DNA of 61,722 bases, the filler included, from Collodictyon triciliatum (Eukaryota), in the NCBI GenBank assembly GCA_043381765.1. It is 5 parts of 5 records of this genome, joined end to end, with 100 filler letters (N's around TTAATTAATTAA, not from the genome) between each part and the next. Parts side by side here need not be neighbours in the genome. Positions count along the whole stretch, not along the records: positions 1 to 6,473 come from JBHJMP010000343.1; positions 6,574 to 25,852 come from JBHJMP010000344.1; 3 more parts are not named here. One strand, given 5' to 3'. Positions within the stretch are counted from its first letter, which is position 1, and the number at the start of each line of letters is the position of its first letter. The translations under genes were made by a program, and so were the position numbers. The notes under the pieces were generated by a model. The model searched no databases, was not told the DNA's origin, and saw nothing but the letters and a program-made list of their open reading frames with translations. Below, one piece after another: positions 1-13,643 of this stretch.

Positions 1-100
<100 letters not shown>

Positions 101-181
101 GAACAGCCCAAAGTTTGCACAATTACTTTATATTACCTGAGCGTTATTTACGAGAATAATAAACAAGCATAATTCGTGCAG

Positions 182-2996
182 TTGCATCTTTGTCTTCTTT
201 CGGGTCTATAACTGCGTCTCACTCAAGTGACGCTGCTGATGGTGTGAATATCGTGGAATACATAGGAAAAAGGTGATCTTTCTCTACGGTTTTCTTCTAA
301 TATAAAATTCAAGTACAGAAGATATCGCTAAATTGAAAAAAAAATGGTGGATGAAATGAAGGGTGAATGCCACTTTGCGACACAGAGACGAAAGTCTCCT
401 CCCATTCTATCTCGAAGCGAGCACCAAAGGGGACAGAATATACTGCAGGTTAGCCTTTCATATGGAAATTTTGCCGATTTTTGTTTTAATTTTTACATCA
501 TGATTCATATTTTGCAGCGCATTTACGAGTATATGTAAATAACAGCTTGTTGATAATAAATTAAACAACCAATAAATAGAATTGCCCGGCGCTCAGTTCC
601 TAGTTCAAATAATGGTTTCATGAGTCATCCAATTACAAAATCTGACAAAATGAATGACGGAGAAGAGTGCGATAAAGAACCAGAGCTGGTTGAGGAGGGA
701 GATAATTTAGGAATCCATAAAGGATACATGCTACCAGGAATAAAATCACAGGAAGGAAAGTTTGAAGAGTCAATTAGCCCCCGAATGATGTCTCCAGGCG
801 CTACTTTCGAAGAGGATAGCTCCCAAAATGAACACGAAACGGCTAAGATAGGAAGAAAGAAAAAGGTTCGAATGGATGAGGAAGGTACCAGTGAGCATTC
901 CTCTGATGCTGGGTAGGATTTATTCATATAAAATAAATAAAGTAGCATATCAGGGCATCACTCTCAAGAAGAAAATATAATTTTCAATTCATTTCAATCA
1001 GTTCGCACAGTTCAAACCACCATAGCGAGACAAGTACTGGTAGCATGAAAAGAATTCAGAAACTTAGGCGTAGATATGAACAAAGTAATCAACAAAATAA
1101 ATCTGTCGCCGATTTGAGAAAAAAGGTTATAATTGGATTAGGCGCTCTCGTGTGTTTATCTCTGGGTCTTTATACTGGAATTAATTTAGTAAGAATAAAA
1201 AATTTCAATTCGATACGAAAATCTCATTCGGGATTTCATATCTTTATTTAAAGCTCAAATATATCTAAACACAATCACTTACAATCAAACAAGCTAATTA
1301 TGCATCTTTTAATGGCTCTCTATCTTTTCTTACCAGCTAGCAACAGTACAAGGCATTTACAGCGAATCAATCTCCTTGTGTGGAACTGCCCTTTCATTTC
1401 ATAGGAATATTTATATATACATGAATGCAATCATATCAACCCCTTTGTGCGAGCCTAAGTATGCCATTCTTTTTTATTTTAAATCACTTATACCAGTACC
1501 AAAAAATGACCTTTTTTTAACTAGGTCCTTTTTTGTTTAATCCTCTCTTCTATCCTCTATTGTGCTGCTTTTTTTGTATGCGTACAAATATACCTTGTTG
1601 TTACGGACTCATGTTTGAATATAACAAGTTGCTTCTGGAATGTTAAAGACCTTTACAAGAGACTCGAATATGAAACGAATGCATACGAGAATGCGTTCAT
1701 GGCTCTTTACATGACGCACAACATAAAAGAAATAGTAATTATCTTACAATATTGATCAATATTTGAAAATTATTCAATAACATTTCTCATCATTTTCAAA
1801 TAAAATAGAACCAAAACTCAAAGGAGTATGTTTACTTCAATGATTACATATACCCGTATGACAGATACATAAAAAATCCTGCTTCATTCTCTAGCGATGA
1901 ATTGAAAAAGGTGTCCAATACACACTAATTCTGATTAAAGATTATGCTTCCATTTCATGATTTTTATTGTGAATGTTGCTTTATTATTGTCCACACATTA
2001 TTTTTGATAACAAAATTTAATGAAAATCACTAGCTTTATGTTGATGAGGAGATATTACTTACAGAACTATCTGAAAACGGAGTTATTGTATGTATCATAC
2101 TACACTTACTATTATTAGCATTCCTCATGTTCACGGGGCATTTGAAATTATAGCATATTAAAACACAAATTTTCTTCCCTCCCCCAATTCTATCGTATAA
2201 TAAGCACACAAAAACCCCATTTATACGCGCTATCCGAACATATATATTTTACGCCCGGTATCTTTCCGAACCGGAAAACTGGAGCAGAGACTTGGCAGAA
2301 AGGTAAATGACATTCACGGTCCTTATAAACTACTAATCCCATCGAAAAGGGATATATACTTTAATAAATTATTCATCAGATTTTTTGAAAGATATCTTAT
2401 AAATTCATATTTCTCTTTACTGTCGCAGATATTCTTATTTTATTCTTCAAAACGGACCAAAAAGCTTGGGAAATAACTGGAATTTGGTTTTGTCAGAGTA
2501 CCACCGATTATCTGATAAACAATCTGCATTGTTGAAAATGATTCAGTCCTTGGTGGTTGCCATATCATGTCAGTAATATGTACAATTTCTTAAAAGTAAA
2601 AAACAAAACAAAACAAAAACAAATATTAATCATGGTCATACAAAAAAAATGTTGTGAGGAAATCTTTTCATAATCATGTTTTTAAACTTACTATATCTTC
2701 CTTGAAATTAGTATTTTTGATTTTCTGCCTTGGGTATTTTATTCTTCGTCCGAGCTTCAACAAAGTACACGAAGAGAGATTTGATGCACTTCGATTATTC
2801 CTCCTTATACCAAAATCAGTTGTTCGAACTTTGTCAAGGTTTAAATCTTTTTTGAAATATTTGTTGAGGATTCACAAACACATTAAAATCGATTACTCTT
2901 CTGTACCATACCTTTGATGGAGCTATTAGTTCATAATATTTGACTATACACACACACACACACACACTCTCTCTCTCTCTATCCATCCATCCATCC

Positions 2997-3080
<84 letters not shown>

Positions 3081-3180
3081 NNNNNNNNNNNNNNNNNNNN
3101 NNNNNNNNNNNNNNNNNNNNNNNNNNNNNNNNNNNNNNNNNNNNNNNNNNNNNNNNNNNNNNNNNNNNNNNNNNNNNNNN

Positions 3181-3275
<95 letters not shown>

Positions 3276-6006
3276 TTTTCTTTTTCTTTTTCTTTTTCTT
3301 TTTCTTTTTCTTTTCTTTTTCTTTTTCTTTTTCTTTTTTTTCGCAACCCGTTTATAACTGCACTAGCATTGGAAACAAGAAGTTTTGAGTATTTTTTTCA
3401 AAATAGAGAAAATTAAATCCAAAATTTTGTATTTAGAATACAGATAACTTTAGAATCGAGTGGTTCAGGAAGTGAGGCCTCTGATGCAGATGAGTTAAAG
3501 GACGATGCTGAAGAGTAAGCATGTTTTTTAGCACATACAAGTGGATCAGATTACTAGATTACCGAGAAGACACTGTTTACTGAAAAGCTATTGTCTTCTC
3601 CATAAGTATGGAGGAAGGAGTGAAACAGTACAAATCAAAGCCAAGAGGAAATTCTGTATCTATGAAGCAAGGAAAAGACACAAATCCCAGTCGAGAGCAC
3701 ATTTCATCAATTATGCGAAACAGAAAACTCAAAGAAGAAAAAAAGATGGCTGTTGCAAAAGTAAGATTTCTATCCCTTTATTCGATTCAAAGTTCTTACA
3801 AAAGCAAGATAATATGATAAGAGTGTTAATGAAAGAAAATTGTTTATCTTTTATTTTCTTCTTTTTCTTAAAAAAATTACTGATTACAAAGGGGTACATT
3901 GGAGTTATTCAAGAAGATGGAAATATCGAGAATTCGAAAGGTTTATCAGCCTATTGGTCAGAGGCATGGTACTTTTAAGATATTTAATATTTTCATATTT
4001 CATGTTCATTAACTTTTCATGAATAATATTGCATCTGAATAGCATGATTCATTGTACGTATGATAAAAAAATGCCTCATCACCCAAACCCTACCTTAGCA
4101 TATGGGCAAGCATATTTGCCATGACCTTGAAAGAGAGATTTCACGTGAGACCAATGACTAAGAAATGGTTCTCAATCCTCTTGATGTTGTCTGGATGTTT
4201 CTCTGTCGTCACCATCTATGGTAGTCTGACAAGTAATCGGTCGATATCATATGTCTCATCCGTTTTCTATGCATCGGAATTGTCTAGTTTGACTCAGGAT
4301 ATATCGTACCATTCCCTCCAGGCAAGGCCATTTATTCCATAGTTGTTTTCTTCAATATAAAATGTTTGTACGAAAAGCGAAAAAAATGTATGTATGTATG
4401 TATGTATGTATGTATGTATGTATGTATGTATGTATGTATGTATGTATGTATGTATGTATGTATGTATGTATGTATGTATGTATGTATGTATGTATGTATG
4501 TNNNNNNNNNNNNNNNNNNNNNNNNNNNNNNNNNNNNNNNNNNNNNNNNNNNNNNNNNNNNNNNNNNNNNNNNNNNNNNNNNNNNNNNNNNNNNNNNNNN
4601 NTATGTATGTATGTATGTATGTATGTATGTATGTATGTATGTATGTATGTATGTATGTATGTATGTATGTATGTATGTATGTATGTATGTATGTATGTAT
4701 GTGCGGGGATGTAAAACCACAAAATAGCTGACTGTACAAACAATAATAAACCCATTCATACTATTGTGCAGCTGGTCACAAAATTGGGGCCTGTCGATGA
4801 AGAAAAACTCGCTCTATCTTCCGCTTTGGTTGCCTTTGATGTCCGTTTGAATTGCATTACCCAAGGCTGCAAAGAATTTAATTTGATAAGGACCGACAAC
4901 GAAAATCACCATGCGGGGCTATATTATTCTAATCAGTGCGTAACTTTAATTCAGGAATACTGTCCAATAATTAGGGGTGGTTCATGTGCCAAATCATTAA
5001 ATTATGTCAAATCGTTCTTTATAATTAGATGTTTTTTCAAGGAACCCAGTCAATGTTTTGACAAGGCTGACTCTTTGTACGAGGTGAGAAATAAAATCCA
5101 TCTACACTGTATATGTCTTCAGCGTTCTCTTTCTAAGTCATATGCGATTGTTAATTTTTTTATCTGCAATGAAAAGTTAAGTATGACTGGGCTCGTGAAT
5201 GTTGCATCTCAGTTTTCAAAGTCTGCAAATATCGTTTACCTCACGAGAAGAGAAAATTTAATGAATAGCTCGGATTTCGAAATTATATACCGTAGCCAAA
5301 CTTCATTACTCCGAACAGGTCCCTTCAACAATAATATATGCATAAATTTGCTAGTATTTTGAATAATTCGCCAAAAAGTTCTCTTTCCTTAATACACATT
5401 TTATGCATGTATATATTCGCCCAATAAATAATAAAAAACCATGATATATATTGTATATTTTTTTCTTACCCTCAACAGACTTTAATTATGATAAATATGA
5501 ACTCAGGTTTCACCCTGGCAATTGATACGTATTCTTCTGAGCTCCAAAGCAGCACAAATGAATTGAAGGTTTCTTATCCCTGTTTTATCTCCAATCAAAA
5601 TTTAAAGAAAAATATTTCATTAAACCTGATCTTTCTATTTCGGTTATTATTAGAAAAACATTTACTCAGAGCAAACTTTTAATGATTCATTAACAGAAAA
5701 TTCAGGGCATTATCGCCGGAATTACATCTGGTTTCATCATTTCATCATTTTTCCTTTTCTTCAGACCCATGTTCAACGCTTTGCAAGAGGAGAATAAGTA
5801 AAGATTTTTTTTAAAAGAACTCAATAATATCATCTATGCTCGCCTATAGAATAGGTTTTAGTATCAACCTACTTGTAATCCAAAAAAGAAGTATACACTT
5901 ACTGCGATTTTCCAGGCAAACCAAAGCAATGTTGCTGATGATACCAGACGAAGTAGTAGCAAATACAAAAGAAATCGAAGAATTCATTCGCAGCACCGAT
6001 GCATAG
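182..6006 (+). CDS. PAS-domain, multi-pass membrane protein of the TmcB/TmcC (tiny macrocysts) type; multi-exon, 5' end lies upstream of the window
   Basis: Spliced exons give a PAS C-terminal-like segment (VNATLRHRDESLLPFYLEASTKGDRIYC, ~362-448) and several TM helices. Two copies of the family-like post-TM motif occur: RPSFNKVHEERFDALRLFLLIPKSVV (~2747-2823) and FRPMFNALQEENKQTKAMLLMIPDEVV...IRSTDA*, with TAG at 6004-6006. Confidence 0.7.
2948..3339. repeat. Compound intronic microsatellite (CA)n/(CT)n/(TCTA)n/(TTTTTC)n spanning an N gap
   Basis: Directly visible in the sequence. Confidence 0.95.
4387..4701. repeat. (TATG)n intronic microsatellite spanning an N gap
   Basis: Directly visible in the sequence. 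Confidence 0.95.
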
Positions 6007-6240
6007 CTCTCTCCTTCAAAACTCACGCAGACACAGTCCTGTCTGAAAAACCTAATATTGTCGTTAGAGCCGAGGATGGCTCATTCATTTCACTAGCCTG
6101 ACAAATTCTATATAGCAGAACACCCTTTAAAAAACGAAGGGAAACTAGCAAATAAACCAAAAGAAAATCTAATTGTGTTTGATTTTCATATATTGGGGCA
6201 TTATTATTAATTATAGTAATTTATATATCTATAATTTTTT

Positions 6241-6372
6241 ATGTTTTGTGTTGTGCTTTTTTTTCTTTGTTTTGTTATTTTGTTATTTTGTGTTTTTTGT
6301 GTTTTTTGTGTTTTTTGTGTTTTTTGTGTTTTTTTGTGTTTTTTGTGTTTTATTTTTTGTTTTTGTTTTTGT

Positions 6373-6403
<31 letters not shown>

Positions 6404-6598
6404 GTTTTGTTTTGTTTTGTTTTGTTTTGTTTTGTTTTGTTTTGTTTTGTTTTGTTTTGTTTTGTTTTGTTTTNNNNNNNNNNNNNNNNNNNNNNNNNNN
6501 NNNNNNNNNNNNNNNNNTTAATTAATTAANNNNNNNNNNNNNNNNNNNNNNNNNNNNNNNNNNNNNNNNNNNNTTTTGTTTTTTTTTTTTTGTTTTTT

Positions 6599-6631
<33 letters not shown>

Positions 6632-6640
6632 TTTTTTTTC
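6241..6640. repeat. (TTTTTTGTG)n/(TTTTTG)n/(TTTTG)n and poly-T intergenic tract around a spacer gap
   Basis: Directly visible in the sequence. Confidence 0.9.
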
Positions 6641-6723
6641 TTAAGGCTAGAATTACTGTTACTTTGTATCCCTTGCAATTCCTTTTCTTATAGTCTTTCC
6701 TAGGACAAAATGAAACGCAAAAT

Positions 6724-9700
6724 ATGTATCGACACACCGCAAGAAACTCCTACATAAGGTTATCCTTCGGCCATTACTCACTTTTTGCAAATGAACGTCA
6801 CTTCAGATCTTCATGTGACCCACAAAGACGCTTCAATATTCCGCCAAAGAAGCTCGCGCTTGTTGGTGGGATGACCTGCTTCTTTGTCCTTCTTGGAATC
6901 CTTGTATGTCGCCGAACTATAATCCTCTTCGCACTGGCTTTGCAAATGAAGATGTATTAGTAAACTAACGTTTGCCGAAAGATAACGAGTGGATATAGTG
7001 AAGCATCACATCATTAAAACTCCGCCTTATCTATTTTTAACATATTTTGTTGATGGTGATTACATGTTAGTATATGCATATATAACTTCGTAATTGATCA
7101 TCGACAGATCATCGTCGTTGTTGTCAAAGAAACTGGAAGCGATTCAAAGGATGATGCCATTGTAATTTGCTAGTGGATTTACCCATGACACCCTTCATTT
7201 ATTCAATAGACACTTGTACGTTGCACATTTTGGATATTGATATTTCTTTTAAAAAAATTCAGGACAAATGCGTTCGTGGGGTGGACAATATTCGTTTACC
7301 CACGTCGGCTGTCCCCAACTCGTATCTTGTGAAGCTGCAGCCCAGCATATCGACTTTTTACTTTCAGTACTTTCTAACCACCACTAGAATTACCATATGA
7401 GACGTCTATCCTTGTCTTGATGGCTGTCTTTTTTCAATTTTGAAATCAAATAAGTGAATAGCGCGACTGTGGATGAGTTTTGTTTAATAGAGGATTCTCT
7501 ATTGTTAGTGGCTCGGTCCAGCTTGACTTTGACATCACAACAGAAACATCTTGTGTTTATCTTCATGTCCGCGACATAGAAATCGACAACAATAGTGTTT
7601 CTATCACTGATTCATCAAAGAAGGGCTACAAAGTTGATAAGATGGAAGTGTTTGTAAGTTTCATAAACAGGTTAAATATCCGAACCATTACTGTAATAAC
7701 ATTTCGATAAGATACCGTATTATTCATCAGTCTATCAACCAAAATTAGACCGACACGCGTGAATATGTTATTTTCTACATGGAAGAAACTCTCAAGACTG
7801 GTATTGTGTTGATATCGTGGCGTTGGCATATACCATTTTTGTAACCTTTTTTATCTTAAAAAAAAAACATCAACAGTGAAATGATTTATAGGGCAGCACT
7901 ACGCGATAAGCATGGAGTATAAGGGCTATCTTAACACGGATATGATTGGGTTTTACAGAAGCACATACACAGATGAGAATGACCAGGTGAAATACATCCT
8001 TTCAACTCAGTTCCAGCCAACTTACGCACGCATGTCGTTCCCCTGCTTTGATGAGCCTCAACTGAAGGCGACATTTGAGGTGACCTCTATGTTATATTTA
8101 TGTTCTTGCCTTGGGTGTTGAAATGAGAGAGAAACCCCGCCAATCGATCAAAGATATTATGGTGAATTCAATATATATATATATTTGTAGATCGATATCA
8201 TCCTCAAGAACGAATATAATTACATCGCAATCTCAAACAATCGCGAGGTAAGTAAACGTTATGATATTATTAAGTATCCCGGCTGTGTATTCGGTTCGTT
8301 AGGGGGGGTTTTTTTTTCTCATTAAGGTCTCAACATTCAGACAAATCGAGGACCTCCCACTCGTTCGCTTGACCCATCTGTAAATCCAAACGAGCTAACT
8401 CAGGTTTCCTGTAAAATAGCTTTAACAGTAAAAATGAGTATGCCTTCTCATCTTTAGATAATGAGTGGTTGGGCCGTGCTGATTGTTTTTTATTTTATTT
8501 CCTTATTTATAGTACTCATTCGAGAAGACTGTCAGGATGTCATCATATCTTGTTGCATATGCTATTGGAGAGCTCAGCTACATCGAGGATGATACTGCAT
8601 CCCCTCTGGTTTTATTTTTTCGGACTTCATACGTATATATATATTTAGATTTTCTGAACACATTTTTCAATACTACCTAGATTCGCGTCTACACCCGCCC
8701 ATCACAAATAGCAAAGGCTGAATTTTCTCTATGGATGGCTCGTCAAGTCACCTCGTTCTTTGATGACTACTTCCAATACCCATACAACGCCTCTTTCTCG
8801 TATGTCTTGATACCTGTAGAAAAAAATAGAGGCGGTATCATAGTTTGCATTTTCTTTTTTTTTATTTTTAGTTTTTCGTTTATTATGTTTTGAATATTTA
8901 TCTGTTATAGGAAAATGGACATGATTGCTATTCCTGACTTTGCTGCTGGGGTAATCATATCATCACGTATAGTAATTTGTAGTGTCCTGGCTAATAACGG
9001 AACATTTGTGCGTCTTGACCTTTCCCTATTTCAAATCGTATGCAATCCGTGCATAGGCTATGGAGAACTGGGGCCTTATCACCTATCGTGAAACTGCTCT
9101 TTTGATGGATGAGCAAACGTACTTTATATATACTCCCAGTGTCCATTATGGTGTAACTTATCTAAAGGAAACAATTATATTTTTGGTTTGTATATTTCTT
9201 GTTTCGTGTAGGGCATCTATCAGTGATAAGCAGTATGTCGCTACTGTGGTCGCTCATGAGATTGCCCATATGGTTTGTCTGTTTATTTGTAGTTCCATAT
9301 GCATTTCCTTTCGCTCTGATTTCACATGTTGGTCTAAAGTTATAGTAATATTGATATGTACATCGGTTACAGACTTTCGGAAATCTGGTGACTATGGAAT
9401 GGTGGTCAGACTTGTGGTTGAATGAAGCTTTCGCTACATATATGTCTGTAAGTATACGTTTCATTCAATTTTAATATTACACCGGAGTTTATTTATTAAC
9501 TTTAAAAAAAAATTTACTTTAGCTTTTTTTTAAAAAAAAATATTGAATCTTTATTTGGTTGTTTTTTTTTATTTTGTTTCATTCCGTTTCATTTCTCTCC
9601 CTTGTAGTATGTAGCCACTGATGCCGTCATTCCACAATGGAAAATCTTTGAATTGTTCATGGAAGACAGCTATCAATCTGGTAATTCATTCAAAGAAAAG

Positions 9701-12700
9701 GATAATTCATCCCTTTACTTGCATGTATCCAGATGTATTCTGACGCAACGCTTCCCAACCACTCAAGCTTTGTCTATCGACGCGCTCTCTACAACACACC
9801 CTCTTTTGATTGAGGTGTCTGAACCTGGTGAAATAGAACAGATATTTGATGCCATTACATACGACAAGGGCGGCTCTGTTCTTCGTCAGCTCGATGGTGG
9901 GCTTTAATCATTGGACGTTTCATCTTTCTTATCTCGTTATCTTTTTCAATTGCAATTAAGAGTCGGCCTTCTTCACGAAGGCTTCAATTTATATTGACAT
10001 TTCTTTTTTAAAAAAATAGACTTTTTGGAACTCAACCAGCCCAACTGGTTTCGTGATGGTCTCCGCTATTATATGAAGAAGTAAACTTATGTGCTCTATA
10101 TTCCACATAATAAAATTTGCTTTTTTTTTTTGAACCATCATTTTGGGAGGTTTTCATGACAATATCTTTAAAATCAGGTTTGAATATGCCAACGCAAAAA
10201 CATCTGACCTTTGGGATTCATTGTCATTCGTTGCCAACCCAGGAAATACGATTGATATTAAGGATTTCATGAAAAATTGGACGGATAAAGGCGGGTTTCC
10301 TTTTGCCATGGTTGAGAAAGTCGGTGATAGTCTCAGCATTGAGCAGGTCAAAGACTCACAGATGTTTTCGCGATATATAATGTTCACAAATATTTTATTA
10401 AAAAAATGAAAAACAGATATCAGTATAAAAAAATTTTTCTCTGTTTTTGAAATAACAGAAACCATTCAGTGCGTTTCCACCGCAAAAAGAGGAACCCATT
10501 TGGTGGATTCCGTTCAGCTATTTTACGGATGTAGACCTGACGCCGATGACGGCATCTCTTACCGAAAAAAGAGAAACGGTTCCTCTTTCTGCGGGAGCCA
10601 ATTGGTACAAGGTGACTGACTGTATATCTGCAATATATTAAAACTTATGTGGAGGAAAGCTTTCTATATGTAATAGGTACATAAAATTGAAAAACTGTTG
10701 TCAAAATGCGATTCAATTATAACTAGGCCAACTTTAAACACTCGTCGTTTATTCATGTGAATTACCCTGTGGACAACTGGTTAGCCCTCAAGAGGGTGAT
10801 TGGTGACCAACTTTAAATCTCGTATTTTCCAGAAGCTGTGCATATACATATTGTATGACAACTTCTTTACATTTTCTGCTTTATGGTGACACTCATCCTA
10901 TTTTTTCGCATCAGCGCAAACTGAGTCTGTCCTTGGGGTTTTTGATCGATTCGGTATGCCACATTTTTTTTCCTCAGGAAAACATTCTTTTAATTTTTCT
11001 TATTATTTTGACATTTTTTCCTATCTTTTCACCCTCTAGGTCTAGTTGGTGATGGCTTCTCTTTAGCTCGCGCTGGTCTCTTGCCCATCGATATTCCTCA
11101 CGATATTGTCAAGGAATTTTATCTTGTCGAGAAGGTGAGGCTTCTTTGTTTTGATGGAAACGGTTTCATGAGGAAATGTCATTTGTAACTAAACCTGTAT
11201 TTTATTCATTTTTTGTTTGACTGAAATACATACAAAGGAATATCTTGTCTGGGCATCTGCTTTTTTCCATATTTCCTCATTCCGCAGCATTCTCCGTGTA
11301 AGTAAACAAGATTCAAATGAATTGAAATTCATAAATTAGTTTACCCTCCTTTTTTTTCCTGATTTTTAGATGTGTTCAATAAAAGTCATTAAAATAACCT
11401 TGCATATAGGAAGAGTACGTGGAAATCTACGATGCCTATGCAAACTACATCTGTTATGTAGTAAGCCCAGTCGCAGAAGAGTTTGGATGGGATGGTGAAC
11501 CCGAAGAGCCACTTCAGGTATTTTTATCCTTTTTTATCCTTTTTTATCCTTTTTTATCCTTTTTTATCCTTTTTTATCCTTTTTTATCCTTTTTTATCCT
11601 TTTTTTATCCTTTTTTATCCTTTTTTATCCTTTTTTTATCCTTTTTTTATCCTTTTTTATCCTTTTTTATCCTTTTTTTATCCTTTTTTATCCTTTTTTT
11701 ATCCTTTTTTTATCCTTTTTTTATCCTTTTTTATCCTTTTTTTATCCTTTTTTATCCTTTTTTTTATCCTTTTTTTACCCTTTTTTTTTATCCTTTTTCG
11801 TTTCCTTTTTCCTCATGAATTGGCTTCAGCTAGATTTCAATCTATGCAAGTTATGCTCTGTTTCACTCATATATAATTGTATAGGTCACTCAACTCCGAG
11901 CATTGGCTCTGAATTATGCTGTCAGCTGCGGAAATCAAACCTTTGTTGATGAGGCTCTGAGAAGATGGGATATTTACCAGACTGATCAATCTGTCCTGCC
12001 ACCCGATCATCGTTCTTTTGTATACAAATTGGTGGTTGCCAAGGGTGATGAGAACACATACAATGACATGCTTGACCGGTTTGCCTTATACTAATTGTTT
12101 GTTTTTGTTGTCAAAAGATCTTTTTGTTTGTATTCCTTATCTTATTATTGTCTTTGCTTTTCTTATTATGCCCCTTTTTTCTTTCTCTCAATTACGCCAA
12201 GTGCAAGAAAATGAGAAATTCAATCCTTTATATCAAAATGTCCTTTTAAGATACACCCGCGAGCAAGATGTCCAAGAGAAGCGACGCCTTCTTTCGTCTC
12301 TTGGAGCAACAACCGATCCCCTGTTGATACAGCGAAGTCTAGAGCTCTCTCTGTCCGATATTGTCCGTTCCCAGGTTAGTTGTCTCGCAAAGACATAATC
12401 ACATCCATAAAATTTTCAGATTCATCACGGGGCTGTTTCTTTTATTGAAAAATACAACTTGATTGAAATATAGGATACATACACGCTTTACTACAGCATC
12501 GCAAAGAATCCACTCGGTCAGGTTTGTAGAAAGAAAAAAGTGTGCCTGTGTGTACTTTGCGCGTGACTGAAGAATGAATAAAATTTACTTGCTCACGTTA
12601 GGTTCCTGCGTGGGAATTTCTTCAATCAAACTGGGAAATATTTGAAGCTAGATACGGGTACAGTGTTTTCTCAAATTGAATCGTTTGTTTTATTGCATTT

Positions 12701-13382
12701 TAGCGCTTTTCAAGTCCCAAAGACGGAAAGTACAGCCGCTAATTTATTGCTATTTGATACTTTTATTGTTTGTTTGTTTGTTTGTTTGTTTGTTTGTTTG
12801 TTTGTTTGTTTGTTTGTTTGTTTGTTTGTTTGTTTGTTTGTTTGTTTGTTTGTTTGTTTGTTTGTTTGTTTGTTTGTTTGTTTGTTTGTTTTTTTGTTTA
12901 TTGCTTTGATTTGCTTTGCTTTTTGAAGTGGGGGTGGCCTCACCATGGGCCGCTTCATTACCGCAACGACCGCTGACTTCACTTCTCAGCAGCGGTATTT
13001 ACCCGTTCCGTGCAACATACTCGATAAAAGAAAAATCAATTTTGAATTTAATGTCATAGCCCCTCATGATGATTATAAGTGTCCCAATTTATTTATTCGT
13101 GATATCCTTTTGGCCTTCAGATACGTGGAGGTCAAGACGTTCTTCGAAGAGCACCCAGTGGATTCTGGGTCGAATGCTATCAAACAATCCCTTGAGAGTA
13201 TTCTTGGTAAGCATCAATACAAATGCAGCAAAATTTTGTATTCAGGTGGTTGACAAATCTCGGTGTTCTCATTATTTTAGGAAATGAAATCACTTTTCAC
13301 TTATAACCAATGTCCAACAGGAAACGGAGACTTTATGGTCAAAAATGAGTCCATTCTCAAAAACTACTTTGGAGTTAACTGA
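6724..13382 (+). CDS. M1-family zinc aminopeptidase (aminopeptidase N-like) with N-terminal type II membrane anchor; about 30 introns
   Basis: Exons stitch in frame through GT-AG introns: [27 protein letters not shown] (anchor), [80 protein letters not shown] (HEXXH-18-E), [14 protein letters not shown] and an ERAP1-C-like tail. Stop TGA at 13380-13382. The start may lie slightly upstream (possible acceptor at 6703). Confidence 0.93.
11520..11800. repeat. (T7-8 ATCC)n intronic tandem repeat
   Basis: About 10-12 bp unit repeated more than 20 times in an aminopeptidase intron. Confidence 0.95.
12766..12895. repeat. (TTTG)n intronic microsatellite
   Basis: Directly visible in the sequence. Confidence 0.95.
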
Positions 13383-13519
13383 ACTGCTCAGTAACTCCAT
13401 CAGTGCATGCTTGGGCTACCTCGACTCTCCCTCACAAAGTCAAGATAAAATCCAAGATCTGAAACCAAAAAAAAATGCCTTAATGATTCGTTTTATTATG
13501 TGTTATTGTGTTTTGGTTG

Positions 13520-13643
13520 GTATTTTTTTGGTATCTTTTTGGTTTTTTTGGTTTTTTTGGTTTTTTTGGTTTTTTTGGTTTTTTTGGTTTTTTTGGTTTT
13601 TTTGGTTTTTTTGGTTTTTTTGGTTTTTTTGGTTTTTTGGTTT
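13520..13643. repeat. (TTTTTTTGG)n tandem repeat
   Basis: 9-bp unit array downstream of the aminopeptidase stop. Confidence 0.93.

Noticed and set aside
6518..6529. Palindromic TTAATTAATTAA recurring four times (6518, 25897, 39463, 46858)
   Set aside because: Always centred in a 100-base N block. It is an artificial six-frame-stop contig spacer, not a piggyBac target site or a biological motif.
2940..6530. Low-complexity ORFs in the track (SIYL, YVCM/HTYI, FCFV repeats; likewise at 11419, 12642, 13345, 14479, 31839, 35160, 55899)
   Set aside because: They are translations of intronic or intergenic microsatellites and N gaps, not proteins.
13520..13643. (T7G2)n and similar T/G arrays as telomeric or interstitial telomere repeats
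   Set aside because: The unit differs from array to array and fits the general T-run microsatellite pattern; there is no single telomere unit.
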